Source of the DNA: Thermoproteota archaeon
GTDB taxonomy: Archaea > Thermoproteota > Thermoprotei_A > Sulfolobales > Ignisphaeraceae
Length of the DNA: 64,000 nt
Direction: 5' to 3'
Assembly (NCBI GenBank): GCA_030550585.1
Contig: JAUQPB010000003.1
Span: 68,333 to 132,332 of the forward strand
Shown: positions 1-8,935 of the stretch, in pieces
Layout of the letters: the number at the start of each line of letters is the position of its first letter
Position numbering within the stretch: the first letter of the stretch is position 1
The notes under the pieces: model-generated
What the model was told of the DNA's origin: nothing
Database searches by the model: none
What the model saw: the letters and a program-made list of their open reading frames with translations, nothing else
Position numbers and translations under genes: made by a program

Positions 1-237
1 TATATTGAAGATCTTTGCCAAGTGCTCCACATATATGAGGTCTCTTGGCAAGCCGTTGCTGTATATTGCTATGTAGCCCCTTGGCTTAACACCAGCTGAA
101 AGAGCTGCTATAAGCACTACTGTTGTGTCTATCCCGCCGCTTAGAGCAATGCAATCACACTTCCTCTTCTCGATTACATCCCTAATCACATTGAATAGAA
201 TTTTGCTGTATATTGTACAAGGCATTGAGAATCTCAT
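1..237 (-). CDS. Asparagine-synthetase-like PP-loop enzyme, N-terminal part only (runs off the window edge; not in ORF track)
   Basis: Hand translation gives MRFSMPCTIYSKILFNVIRDVIEKRKCDCIALSGGIDTTVVLIAALS..., with PP-loop motif LSGGIDT. The ATG overlaps the upstream stop (TGATG coupling). No N-terminal glutaminase domain. Confidence 0.7.
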   Translation of the reverse strand, partial: MRFSMPCTIYSKILFNVIRDVIEKRKCDCIALSGGIDTTVVLIAALSAGVKPRGYIAIYSNGLPRDLIYVEHLAKIFNI

Positions 238-860
238 CAAATCAGCCTCAATATCTTGTATCCGTCGTAGTTCTCTACATCAACAATCTTATAGCTCAAA
301 CTAGCTTTGTGCAGAGGACCCGACAAAACGATTGTGTGGTACTCCCCCTTTTCACCTAGAGGGTCAACACCAATACTCTTAGCATTCTCGGCAAATGCAT
401 AAACATTGTCACGATCCAATACCACGCCAAGCCACTTGCCCAAACCATTTACACACCCTATAACCATAGGCTTTAGCCCATCTTCGATCTCCTTATAAAG
501 AAGATCCTCTGGATCCATACCCCAAAGAGGCTCAACAAGAGCGGCACCAACCTCTTTAGCGATATTTTCCATATACCTGAGATGATCCTCAATATAAACA
601 TCGCCGGCTATAAGAGTATCTACACCCAAACTCCTAAGAAACCCCACAGTCTCAACAAACTCCCTGCCCTTACCAAGCTTAACAACAGCCACCGGTATCC
701 CCATCAAAAGAATTGTCTCAACAGTCTTCCCCAAATTAACTAGGTGGGGACTTGGCCTAGGAAAGTCGTATACCAGTACAAGCCCTATGTCAACTTGGAT
801 TCCAGAACGATATATTGCATAGTAAGAGTCTTTACCACCCGAAAGAAAGGCTACATGCAA
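237..860 (-). CDS. DUF71/COG2102 (diphthine-ammonia ligase-like) PP-loop ATPase
   Basis: SGGKDS, AGDVYIEDH, EPLWG and DPLGEKGEYHT motifs. Confidence 0.85.
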   Translation of the reverse strand: MHVAFLSGGKDSYYAIYRSGIQVDIGLVLVYDFPRPSPHLVNLGKTVETILLMGIPVAVVKLGKGREFVETVGFLRSLGVDTLIAGDVYIEDHLRYMENIAKEVGAALVEPLWGMDPEDLLYKEIEDGLKPMVIGCVNGLGKWLGVVLDRDNVYAFAENAKSIGVDPLGEKGEYHTIVLSGPLHKASLSYKIVDVENYDGYKILRLI

Positions 861-862
861 TG

Positions 863-1516
863 CTAGTCACCTGATTTCTGGAAATGCTTCAATTTGAACT
901 CCATGGTAACATTCTTAAGGACAGTCTTATGACATGTTGTTCTCGGGGGTAGCAATAGATTCTTTGATACAATTCTGTATATGTCATCTACTACAAGCTT
1001 TGGAGGTGCCAAACAAATATCGTGAGCTAGGCAGGTTTCAGGGTCAACGGGGGTCTTAGTTAAAGAGTTAAGTATTTTGTGAAACCCTAATTCTTTAATG
1101 GCGAGATAGAAGTCTATTCTGTCAATCCTTGCCTCAACCACTTCATAACCCATTTTAAAAATCAGCAAACCATCTCCTCTCTTAGCAGAAAACTCAGCTT
1201 CGCTAACTATTTTCTTCAAAAGTCTTTGATCCTTGTACCACCTAGAAGCTGTATACATCCAACCACCAACATCAGAAATGTCAGAGCTGTAGTCAGCTAA
1301 TACCACGGGTATGTGTCTTGCCCCAAGAATTTTCAGGGCACTGACTCTATGATGCCCATCGATAACTATATACCTTTTTTCATCAACTATAACAGGCTTT
1401 CTAAGGATCCCTGCCATCGAGAGTTCTCCCAAAATGTTTAGAAGCCTCTGTTTCTCCACATCTTCATGGGAAATAAGCATGTCTATGGGAACCATTTCGA
1501 TCCTTAGGCGACTCAA
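863..1516 (-). CDS. ParB/sulfiredoxin-fold protein, SerK/SbnI-like free amino-acid kinase
   Basis: N-terminal HE, PVIVD...VIDGHHR and C-terminal LLPPRTTCH; no HTH or dimerisation region of a partitioning ParB. Confidence 0.65.
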   Translation of the reverse strand: MSRLRIEMVPIDMLISHEDVEKQRLLNILGELSMAGILRKPVIVDEKRYIVIDGHHRVSALKILGARHIPVVLADYSSDISDVGGWMYTASRWYKDQRLLKKIVSEAEFSAKRGDGLLIFKMGYEVVEARIDRIDFYLAIKELGFHKILNSLTKTPVDPETCLAHDICLAPPKLVVDDIYRIVSKNLLLPPRTTCHKTVLKNVTMEFKLKHFQKSGD

Positions 1517-1548
1517 TACTTTTCACCATGTGCTACACAATATGTGGA

Positions 1549-2508
1549 CTACCTAGCCAGATATATAGTTATCGATAATACATTTATAATCAATATATAT
1601 GTAGCCACATTTAAAATGGCAAGCCCAAGAGCCCTCTTAATATCTCCCCCTGTTGGAAGAGGAAAACCCTCTCCTATTACATATGATCCTATCTTCTCGA
1701 GCCTCACAGATAGACAGCCAGAGGCTGCTGCCATTGGATGACCTGCATTAACACTTTCAGTAGCTCTTCTATATCTTTTGTATGTATCCCAGCTTCTTCT
1801 TATAGACCCTTTTACGATTGGGGATAGCAGTATTATGAGCAGGGCCTCTAGTCTTGCGGGAACGAAGTTTATGATTGTGTCTGCTTTTGCTGAGAACCAG
1901 CCCACATCTCTAAATTCCTCTTCTTTGTATCCGAGTGCAGAGTCGAGGGTGTTGGCTATTCTCTGTGTGAGTGCTCCTATAGGTCCGAGTATGAGGTAGT
2001 ATAGGAGTGGGGATATAAAGCCATCGACAAGACTCTCAAAAAGCGATTCTATTGCTGCTGATGCTATGTGTCCTTCGCCAAGGTTTTTGACCTCTCTTCT
2101 AACAATGTTTGAGACTTCTGTTCTTGCACATGTTAGATCTCCTTTGGCTAGACATATGTAGACGTTTTTGACGTGGTTGTATAGCAGTTTGAACGATGTG
2201 GAGACCTTGAGTATGTATGCTGAGAGAATGATCCAGGCAATTCTGCTAAACATATCCGCTATGTATAGCGCCAAAGAGTATAGAGCTACGTGGCTTGCAA
2301 CAACAGCAAACCATATAGCAATGCCCCAAAGCCTTGTTCTGGGAAGTGATCTATGTAACTTTAAAGCCATTGCATATGATGTGTGGACAGGGTGTATATA
2401 GTATAGAGCTCCCTCGTGCCTCGGATATGCAAGGTCTAGGGCCAGGGCTAGAAACAGTATGACTACAAATTCTGGGTAGCTCTGGGGAAGGAGAAAGTCT
2501 AGAGCCAT
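1549..2508 (-). CDS. cbiB: Adenosylcobinamide-phosphate synthase
   Basis: Membrane protein with HPV, AAIESLFESLVDG, NTLDSALGY and SVNAGHPMAA motifs. Start moved to MALDFLL (2508), which overlaps the cobS stop. Confidence 0.9.
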   Translation of the reverse strand: MALDFLLPQSYPEFVVILFLALALDLAYPRHEGALYYIHPVHTSYAMALKLHRSLPRTRLWGIAIWFAVVASHVALYSLALYIADMFSRIAWIILSAYILKVSTSFKLLYNHVKNVYICLAKGDLTCARTEVSNIVRREVKNLGEGHIASAAIESLFESLVDGFISPLLYYLILGPIGALTQRIANTLDSALGYKEEEFRDVGWFSAKADTIINFVPARLEALLIILLSPIVKGSIRRSWDTYKRYRRATESVNAGHPMAAASGCLSVRLEKIGSYVIGEGFPLPTGGDIKRALGLAILNVATYILIINVLSITIYLAR

Positions 2509-3287
2509 AGACTGGCACCCAGAACAAGAGCTGTTAGTATAGCTGCATAGCTCAGCTCGTTTGCAAATCCAAGGACATCTCCATTGGCATAGCCAAGGGT
2601 TTTCATACATAAAACAATTGTTGTATATGCAGAGATTGTTAGTGCTGCTAGCACTAGAATAGAGGTTGTAGCTCCTATGTAAATAGACAAGAAGGTTGCA
2701 TATGTTATCGAAAGCGATGCAAGTAAAGCGCCAACTATATCAACAGTCCTCAACCCTTTTCTAAAGAGTCTTCCCAACCCATCTGGAGGCTCCCTGCAAG
2801 CATATGCCACAACAGCCATTGTTATGGGAGACCACGTCTCGGCAACTAGAACAATTCTTGTCGCCTTCCATAGATCTGAAAGGTGAATGGCTTGTAGCGT
2901 TATTGAGTAGAGCCATAGTGCAAACAATGCAAATACTGCTATGGCGTAGGATCCTCTGAATCTATCCTTAACAACTTTGCTGGCATCAGCACCAAATCTG
3001 TGGGCTAGTACAGCCTCGGAGAAGTCTATGAATCCATCTGCGTGGATAAACCCTTGTATAATGTAGTGCATTGCCACTACGGAAAACGCTTGGATATACG
3101 GTGCATCAATGTGGAGCAAGGCTGAGAGTATTATTGGTGTAGCAGTGAAAACACCTCTGACAAAGCCTATAATGGGTAACATATAGAGGGATTCGAATGA
3201 GATCTCTGCCCCCAGATATCTTCGTGGAATTGGCAGCGAGGTTAGAAAAGCTAGTAGGGATAGAAAGTCTCTTAGCTTTTTAGCCAA
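2499..3287 (-). CDS. cobS: Adenosylcobinamide-GDP ribazoletransferase (cobalamin synthase)
   Basis: FLTSLP, GFIHADGFIDFSEA, KDRFRGSY and NGDVLG motifs; polytopic membrane protein. Confidence 0.9.
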   Translation of the reverse strand: MAKKLRDFLSLLAFLTSLPIPRRYLGAEISFESLYMLPIIGFVRGVFTATPIILSALLHIDAPYIQAFSVVAMHYIIQGFIHADGFIDFSEAVLAHRFGADASKVVKDRFRGSYAIAVFALFALWLYSITLQAIHLSDLWKATRIVLVAETWSPITMAVVAYACREPPDGLGRLFRKGLRTVDIVGALLASLSITYATFLSIYIGATTSILVLAALTISAYTTIVLCMKTLGYANGDVLGFANELSYAAILTALVLGASLWL

Positions 3288-4338
3288 CGCCCATCACAAT
3301 CTTTAGTGCTTCGACAAGCTCATTGTTTTCTCTAGGGCTTCTAATAGCTATTCTAATGTAGTTTGAGTCCAATCCCCTGAAGCTACTACAGTCCCTCAGA
3401 GCCAGGCCCATCTCCCTAAGCTTCTCAACTATTTGTCTACCACCATCTATCTTGATTAGGAGAAAATTTGTGACGCTTTCAAAAACCTTTGCACCAAGTG
3501 ATTCAAGTATTTTTCTAACCCTCTCCCTCTCACTATCTATATACTCTCTAGATCTTTGAATAAAGCTCTTCAGCTCCTGCTCATACACAGAAATGTTTTT
3601 ACCCAAGCACTCAGCCAAGCTATTCACATTCCATGGCTGTCTCAAAGCCTCTACCCTCTCCAATAAATCTATGTCATTTGTGTATAGAAAGCCTAGTCTC
3701 AGGCCTGGAAGCGAAAGCCATTTCGTTAGCGATCTCACAACAACAATGTTTTTTGGTATTTCACCCCCAACTTCAATTGGGCATCTACTGCAAAGCTCTA
3801 TATAGGCCTCATCGACAAGGCTCCTAGCACTACAGTTGGATAGGTAGCTAAATAGTCTTTCTCTATCAATGTATAGCCCAAGGGGGTTACTAGGATTTGT
3901 TATCACTATCAACCCATCTCTATCGCTACAAGGCTTCTGCAAGTCTGAGAGGTCTATGTGGAACCCATCTGATGTTCTTCTATAGAATATAGGTCTATAT
4001 TCTAGGCCGAGAGCCTTTGAAAGATCTTCGTATTCGCCGTAGGAAGGCTCTAAAACGTATACCCTCCTCGCTTTTGAAGCGATTACAGCAAGGTTTATAG
4101 CCTCGCCAGCTCCTGCAGTTGGAACTATATACTCTTCTTTGCAACGATAGAACCTTGCTAGAGACCTCTTCAAATCTCTGTATGTGTAGTCGGGGTACTT
4201 CTCCAAAACCCTTTGGCTAAAGCATGTGGCAAGAATCTCTAAAACTGTTTTTGGTGGGCCAAGCGGATTTAGATTGGAGCTGAAGTCTATTCTAGCTTCT
4301 CTGTCCCCTCCATGGATCCGCATTGGCTTTTCGCCCAC
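3280..4338 (-). CDS. cobD: L-threonine-O-3-phosphate decarboxylase (PLP)
   Basis: HGG, DFSSNLNPLGPP, NPSNPLG, DEAY and RSLTKWLSLPGLRLG motifs; operon context. Confidence 0.85.
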   Translation of the reverse strand: MGEKPMRIHGGDREARIDFSSNLNPLGPPKTVLEILATCFSQRVLEKYPDYTYRDLKRSLARFYRCKEEYIVPTAGAGEAINLAVIASKARRVYVLEPSYGEYEDLSKALGLEYRPIFYRRTSDGFHIDLSDLQKPCSDRDGLIVITNPSNPLGLYIDRERLFSYLSNCSARSLVDEAYIELCSRCPIEVGGEIPKNIVVVRSLTKWLSLPGLRLGFLYTNDIDLLERVEALRQPWNVNSLAECLGKNISVYEQELKSFIQRSREYIDSERERVRKILESLGAKVFESVTNFLLIKIDGGRQIVEKLREMGLALRDCSSFRGLDSNYIRIAIRSPRENNELVEALKIVMGVG

Positions 4339-4832
4339 AGCAAATCCTCTACAGTGTCTATATCTCTAAGCTCTTTCGATTCCTCAAAATATATGTTTTC
4401 CCAAGTGCCTTTAGATCTCCTGAAGAGGGATATTCCAGACTCTCTACACACACCATCTTTGCAGATAGCCAGCGTCACCACATCAGCTTTGGAGTTGGTT
4501 ACTTTGTCCAGAAAGCTTTTGACTGCATCAACTGTTAGGAAGGGTATGTCAGCTGGCAGAACCAGTACCGGGAACCTGGCTTTCTCTAGTATGTAAGCCA
4601 AGTCAGTGACATAGTCTATCCCTGGACACTCAACAACATCGACCTTTTTCAGAGATTTGATTAAGGGTACATCCTCGCTTCTGGCACACACAACAATCCT
4701 TCCATCGATGCCAAGGCTTAGGGCAACCTCTAACGAGACCTCGATTAGCTTTCTATTGCAAATCTCAAGAAAATATTTTTTAACACCTCCAAGCCTCGAG
4801 CCCTTGCCGCCAGCCATGATTATAACATCCAT
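4287..4832 (-). CDS. cobY: Adenosylcobinamide-phosphate guanylyltransferase
   Basis: IIMAGGKGSRLG NTP-transferase motif, PADIP and DIDT; operon context. Confidence 0.85.
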   Translation of the reverse strand: MDVIIMAGGKGSRLGGVKKYFLEICNRKLIEVSLEVALSLGIDGRIVVCARSEDVPLIKSLKKVDVVECPGIDYVTDLAYILEKARFPVLVLPADIPFLTVDAVKSFLDKVTNSKADVVTLAICKDGVCRESGISLFRRSKGTWENIYFEESKELRDIDTVEDLLWAKSQCGSMEGTEKLE

Positions 4833-4858
4833 TGGAATCCCGCAAAAGCTTGCCTATA

Positions 4859-5947
4859 TCAATGGCTATTCAGATACTTGTCATATACCCTGCTAAGAAC
4901 ACTTCCAACGACTGCAGCAACAATGTCGTCTGTCATAGGTGGAAGATTTTCCAGCTCCTCGAAAACCCCTTCCTCTTTCAGTCTTTCTATCCAGTAGTAT
5001 GCTAAAAGCCCTTTGAACCCATTTACATACTCTGCAATTGCTTTGCCTATAAGCTCGTCAGCTATGATCTTGGGCGTGTCAACTCTATACTCCTCCTCGC
5101 TAATTCCCGGAAATAGGTTTAGTGCCATCAGCATCTCAGCCAACCTAGCACCCCTCACAACTATGCAGATATTCGGATCCTTGAAAACATCCTCAAACTC
5201 TCTTCTAAGAATCTTCTCCACCTCTCCACTACTGAGCATGGGTATTGGAGCCTTGTTGTAGGCCTTTACCGCAATCTTCAATATATCATCGATGGATCTG
5301 AGCCCAACACTATTCACAAAATACTCTATGCAGTTCGTACCCACTACAAATTTTGACAAAGCCTTTAGAGTGGCTACAGCAGCTGTGAAACCAACATCAG
5401 TTGCTATACCACCAAACCTTTCGCCACCCTGAGGAGCTGCAACCATTGTTGCATCAGATGCTGTTCCTATTGAAGGGGCTGTTAAACACATTGGGCCTGC
5501 CAAACCCATTGCCAACCCCTTTACCTCAGACACCAACCTGTAGAGATCGAGTAAACCAACCTCATCAAGAGGTTTATTGACAATAACGGCAACATTTATG
5601 GTTCCAACAGCCATCGCATTGCTCGGAATGTTAGCATCTATGCACGAAGGCTTATCAACTCCAAAGGTTACATAGACCTCTGCTATAACATCTCTAAAAA
5701 TGTGTGTTGCATGCCCATACTCCCTTACATCAACTGCTGTAAGAAATATTGTAGATTTTTCATAGTCTATGCCAACAGATTTTGCAGTGTCTTTGCAGTA
5801 CCCATCTAGATCAACATATTCGAAATCTTTTGGAACCCTTCTAAACACTATGTACCTAACATCCTTGTATATCTTTGGGCATCCAGCAGTCGACAAAACC
5901 TTGTATTCCTTCTCCAAATCGATGACCAGAGTGTCGCTGTTTCTCAT
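4859..5947 (-). CDS. cbiZ: Adenosylcobinamide amidohydrolase / alpha-ribazole phosphatase fusion (CbiZ-CobZ, CbiS-like)
   Basis: N-terminal LTAVD, GTINV and GTASDA (CbiZ); C-terminal DPN, IADELIGKAIAEY and LPPMTDD (CobZ). Confidence 0.8.
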   Translation of the reverse strand: MRNSDTLVIDLEKEYKVLSTAGCPKIYKDVRYIVFRRVPKDFEYVDLDGYCKDTAKSVGIDYEKSTIFLTAVDVREYGHATHIFRDVIAEVYVTFGVDKPSCIDANIPSNAMAVGTINVAVIVNKPLDEVGLLDLYRLVSEVKGLAMGLAGPMCLTAPSIGTASDATMVAAPQGGERFGGIATDVGFTAAVATLKALSKFVVGTNCIEYFVNSVGLRSIDDILKIAVKAYNKAPIPMLSSGEVEKILRREFEDVFKDPNICIVVRGARLAEMLMALNLFPGISEEEYRVDTPKIIADELIGKAIAEYVNGFKGLLAYYWIERLKEEGVFEELENLPPMTDDIVAAVVGSVLSRVYDKYLNSH

Positions 5948-5964
5948 AAAGGCCTTAGCCGTAG

Positions 5965-7074
5965 CTATACCACCTTCACAATCCTCTCATACTCTCTATA
6001 CACAGCATGCTTAAGCTCATTAACATCAACACCTTTTAAAATGGCTAGAAGCGATGTACCTCCAGCCCCCACACCCTCTTTAACAAACCCGTCTTCATAT
6101 GCTCTAAGCCCATTGAATGGAGCGTCGCTAAAGTCTAGCTCGACATAGGCAAAGGTTATGTTAGGCACCACCATCTTTATGAACCTAGTTATCTCCGCCC
6201 CCCTGTCGCTGTATATCCATTTTGTGGTGGCTAAAACGAGTCTTTGCTCATCGAATCTAGGATCTATGGCTTTCATCAAGGCGAGTGCTGCGAGCATTTG
6301 GGTTCCACCAGCAAGAATAACAGTTGCTCTTGATTTCAGTGCTCCAAGGGCTAGACCAGCAATAGCTATGTGGACAGGGTCTCCAATAACATCATTTATT
6401 TTGAAGGGGTCTTCAGATTGTCCGAGCCTCTTCAGAGCCTCTTCAACAACAGCTTTTTTAATGTTTAGCGGATTTTCTTTTGCAGAGCTACTGATAATGT
6501 TATAGGCGTTGTATCCAAGTCCTTGTAGAATGGATAGAGCTGTTGTTGTTCCACCTGGAATGCTCTCCCCAATTAGCACGACACTGGCTATAGAGCCCAT
6601 TGCTCTGCCAACTAGAGTTGCCTCATCGAAAATTTTTCTCGATGTTCCATGGGACAACGCATCCTCTCTATCTATTCTACCCCCAACACAGCTACTTGAG
6701 AGGCTTATCAAAGGTATTCTAGGCTTTATGTAAGAGCCTGCATCAATAACCATGAAAGGTGTTTGAGAAAGCTGTAAGGCTGTTCTCGTTATTATAGCAG
6801 GTGTTGGTATGCCCGTTGGGGTTGTCGGTATGATGTCTATAGATACAGGCTTCCCAAAATAGAGATACTCCACATCGAGAGCAGGCGTAAACAGCGTTGC
6901 GATACTCATAGAGCCTGCTAGTGATATATTTGGAATTGTAGAGGTCATAGTGGATCCTATAACGTATAGCGCAATTGAAGAGCTTTGGAAAGCAGAGATG
7001 CTGTCTAGAGACCCTTGCAGAACCCTAATCCCCTTAACCATATGCGTCACACAAAAGGGTCTGGCTATAAACAT
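5965..7074 (-). CDS. cobT: Archaeal nicotinate-mononucleotide:base phosphoribosyltransferase
   Basis: TPALDVE, PTPAIIT, GESIPGGTTTAL, LAGGTQM and VKEGVGAGG motifs. Start may be MVKGI (about 7044). Confidence 0.88.
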   Translation of the reverse strand: MFIARPFCVTHMVKGIRVLQGSLDSISAFQSSSIALYVIGSTMTSTIPNISLAGSMSIATLFTPALDVEYLYFGKPVSIDIIPTTPTGIPTPAIITRTALQLSQTPFMVIDAGSYIKPRIPLISLSSSCVGGRIDREDALSHGTSRKIFDEATLVGRAMGSIASVVLIGESIPGGTTTALSILQGLGYNAYNIISSSAKENPLNIKKAVVEEALKRLGQSEDPFKINDVIGDPVHIAIAGLALGALKSRATVILAGGTQMLAALALMKAIDPRFDEQRLVLATTKWIYSDRGAEITRFIKMVVPNITFAYVELDFSDAPFNGLRAYEDGFVKEGVGAGGTSLLAILKGVDVNELKHAVYREYERIVKVV

Positions 7075-7097
7075 TTCATTAGTTGTCGCCTATAGTC

Positions 7098-7892
7098 TCA
7101 TATCTGAACCCCCTTTTCGAGGGGCTCCAATGGAATGACAATCTTCCTGCCATCAACATTTGCAATAGCTATTTTAACACCATAGACCTTCTCAAGAATA
7201 TCCTTCTTTAGAACCTCTTCAGGAGCTCCACAGGCAACCACCGACCCGCCATTCATCACTATTATCTTGTCTGCGTATAGAGAGGCCAGATAAATGTCGT
7301 GTATAGCTACAATAGCCACAATGTTATCTCTCTTTACAACAGATTTGATATAGTCTAGAACCTCTAGCCTATACCTCAAATCTAAGAAAGCTGAGGGCTC
7401 GTCTAAAAGCATAACCTTGGGCTCTTGGATAAGAGCCCTCGCAATTAAGACTCTCTGCAACTCGCCACTACTAAGCTGATCTAGTCTCCTATCGAGGAAC
7501 TGCTTTATGTTTAGCTGCCTTGAAACCTTTTCAACTATCTCAAGATCTTTTGTTGATATGGAGAAGCTTAGCATGTTTTGGTGGGGGTATCTAGCTGTTA
7601 GGAGAAACTCTAGAACTGTTGAGGGTATGGATCTAGATATGTGTGGGTCTACATAGGAGAGAAGCCTGCTTATATCTTTGGGCGACAAACTCGAAACAGC
7701 TTTTCCATCGATATAAACAACACCTTTTCTAGGCTTTACAACAGATGCTATTGTCTTTAGAAGAGTTGTTTTACCCGCTCCGTTAGGACCTATAACAAAT
7801 GCTAGTTCGCCAGAGGATATGGACAAGGTTACTCTATCCAGAGCCTTCACAGAGTTGTACCAAACTTCAACATCTTCAACAACTATCTTCAT
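7098..7892 (-). CDS. btuD: Corrinoid ABC transporter ATPase
   Basis: GPNGAGKT, LSSGE and LLDEP; FepC/BtuD type in a cob operon. Confidence 0.85.
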   Translation of the reverse strand: MKIVVEDVEVWYNSVKALDRVTLSISSGELAFVIGPNGAGKTTLLKTIASVVKPRKGVVYIDGKAVSSLSPKDISRLLSYVDPHISRSIPSTVLEFLLTARYPHQNMLSFSISTKDLEIVEKVSRQLNIKQFLDRRLDQLSSGELQRVLIARALIQEPKVMLLDEPSAFLDLRYRLEVLDYIKSVVKRDNIVAIVAIHDIYLASLYADKIIVMNGGSVVACGAPEEVLKKDILEKVYGVKIAIANVDGRKIVIPLEPLEKGVQI

Positions 7893-8932
7893 TGTCTCAT
7901 CCTCTTGGCTATTAGATAGGCGAGAAAAGGTGCTCCTATAATCGATGTTACAACGCCTAGGGGGAGCTCCCCAACAGCACCACTATACATAGAAACCAAT
8001 CTGACAACAATATCTGCAAATGTTGTTAGAATCCCCCCGACAAGAGCTGTTATTGGTATGGAGAATCTGTGGTCAGAGCCCACAAAGAACCTTGCTATGT
8101 GGGGTGCTGCAAGACCAACAAAACCTACGATGCCTATGAAGGCTATTGTAATGGCTGTTAAGAGAGATGCTATACCTGTTGATATTAGGGATATGAGTTT
8201 TGGGTTAAAGCCAAGCTGCTTCGCATAGTCATCGCCGTATAGATATGCGTTCAATGGTTTGAATAGAGCTATCGAGAATATTAGCAATGCTATGGTCGGA
8301 TAAGCTATGAACGCTATATCTCTGTACAACACAGTGTTTGTAGAGCCCATCAAGAAGTACACAATTGGTGTTCCAATAACCCTTTGAACTATGTACAGAA
8401 GAACATGTGAAACACCTGAGAATAGAGATGCCACAGCTATGCCTGCTAGAACCAGCGCCAGGCTACCCCCTCCAGCCAGTTTTGCAAGCATCATTGTCAT
8501 GAAATAGCCTAGTAGAGCCCCTATAAACGCCACCACCACAAGGTTATATCTGTAAACAGCTGTTGATGGAGATAATATAATTGTTAGCGAGATAGCTGTG
8601 AGTGCAGTTGATGAAAGGCCAAATATGTATGGGTCTGCCAAGGGGTTTCTAGTGGTGGTCTGCATAAGAATGCCTGCTATGGATAGGGCAACACCGCAGA
8701 AGAAAGAGGCTACAGTTCTAGAAACTCTTAGCATAGCCACTAAACGAACGCTGCTATCGCTAGTTGCCATGCCAAAGGGGCTTAGAAAAACTGTTTTGAA
8801 AATCTCCTTGGGATCCAGCATCGAAGGGCCTATAGATAGAGATGCGATTGTTATGGCCATGGATAGAACTATGAGTGTAAAAAGCGAAATTAAAAAATGT
8901 TTTACCTTTCTTTTGTAGAGCTCTAAAGCCAT
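7889..8932 (-). CDS. btuC: Corrinoid ABC transporter permease (FecCD family)
   Basis: RNPLADPYIFG, GIVGFVGLAAPHIAR and ELPLGVVTSIIGAP motifs. Confidence 0.88.
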   Translation of the reverse strand: MALELYKRKVKHFLISLFTLIVLSMAITIASLSIGPSMLDPKEIFKTVFLSPFGMATSDSSVRLVAMLRVSRTVASFFCGVALSIAGILMQTTTRNPLADPYIFGLSSTALTAISLTIILSPSTAVYRYNLVVVAFIGALLGYFMTMMLAKLAGGGSLALVLAGIAVASLFSGVSHVLLYIVQRVIGTPIVYFLMGSTNTVLYRDIAFIAYPTIALLIFSIALFKPLNAYLYGDDYAKQLGFNPKLISLISTGIASLLTAITIAFIGIVGFVGLAAPHIARFFVGSDHRFSIPITALVGGILTTFADIVVRLVSMYSGAVGELPLGVVTSIIGAPFLAYLIAKRMRQ

Positions 8933-8935
8933 GTT

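Noticed and set aside
863-1516. ParB as evidence of a plasmid or partition system
   Set aside because: No parA, no HTH, and the motifs fit the kinase-type ParB/Srx fold.
2509-2610. Cys-rich N-terminal extension on CbiB in the ORF track
   Set aside because: It is an alternative frame of the cobS 3' end; the real start is 2508.
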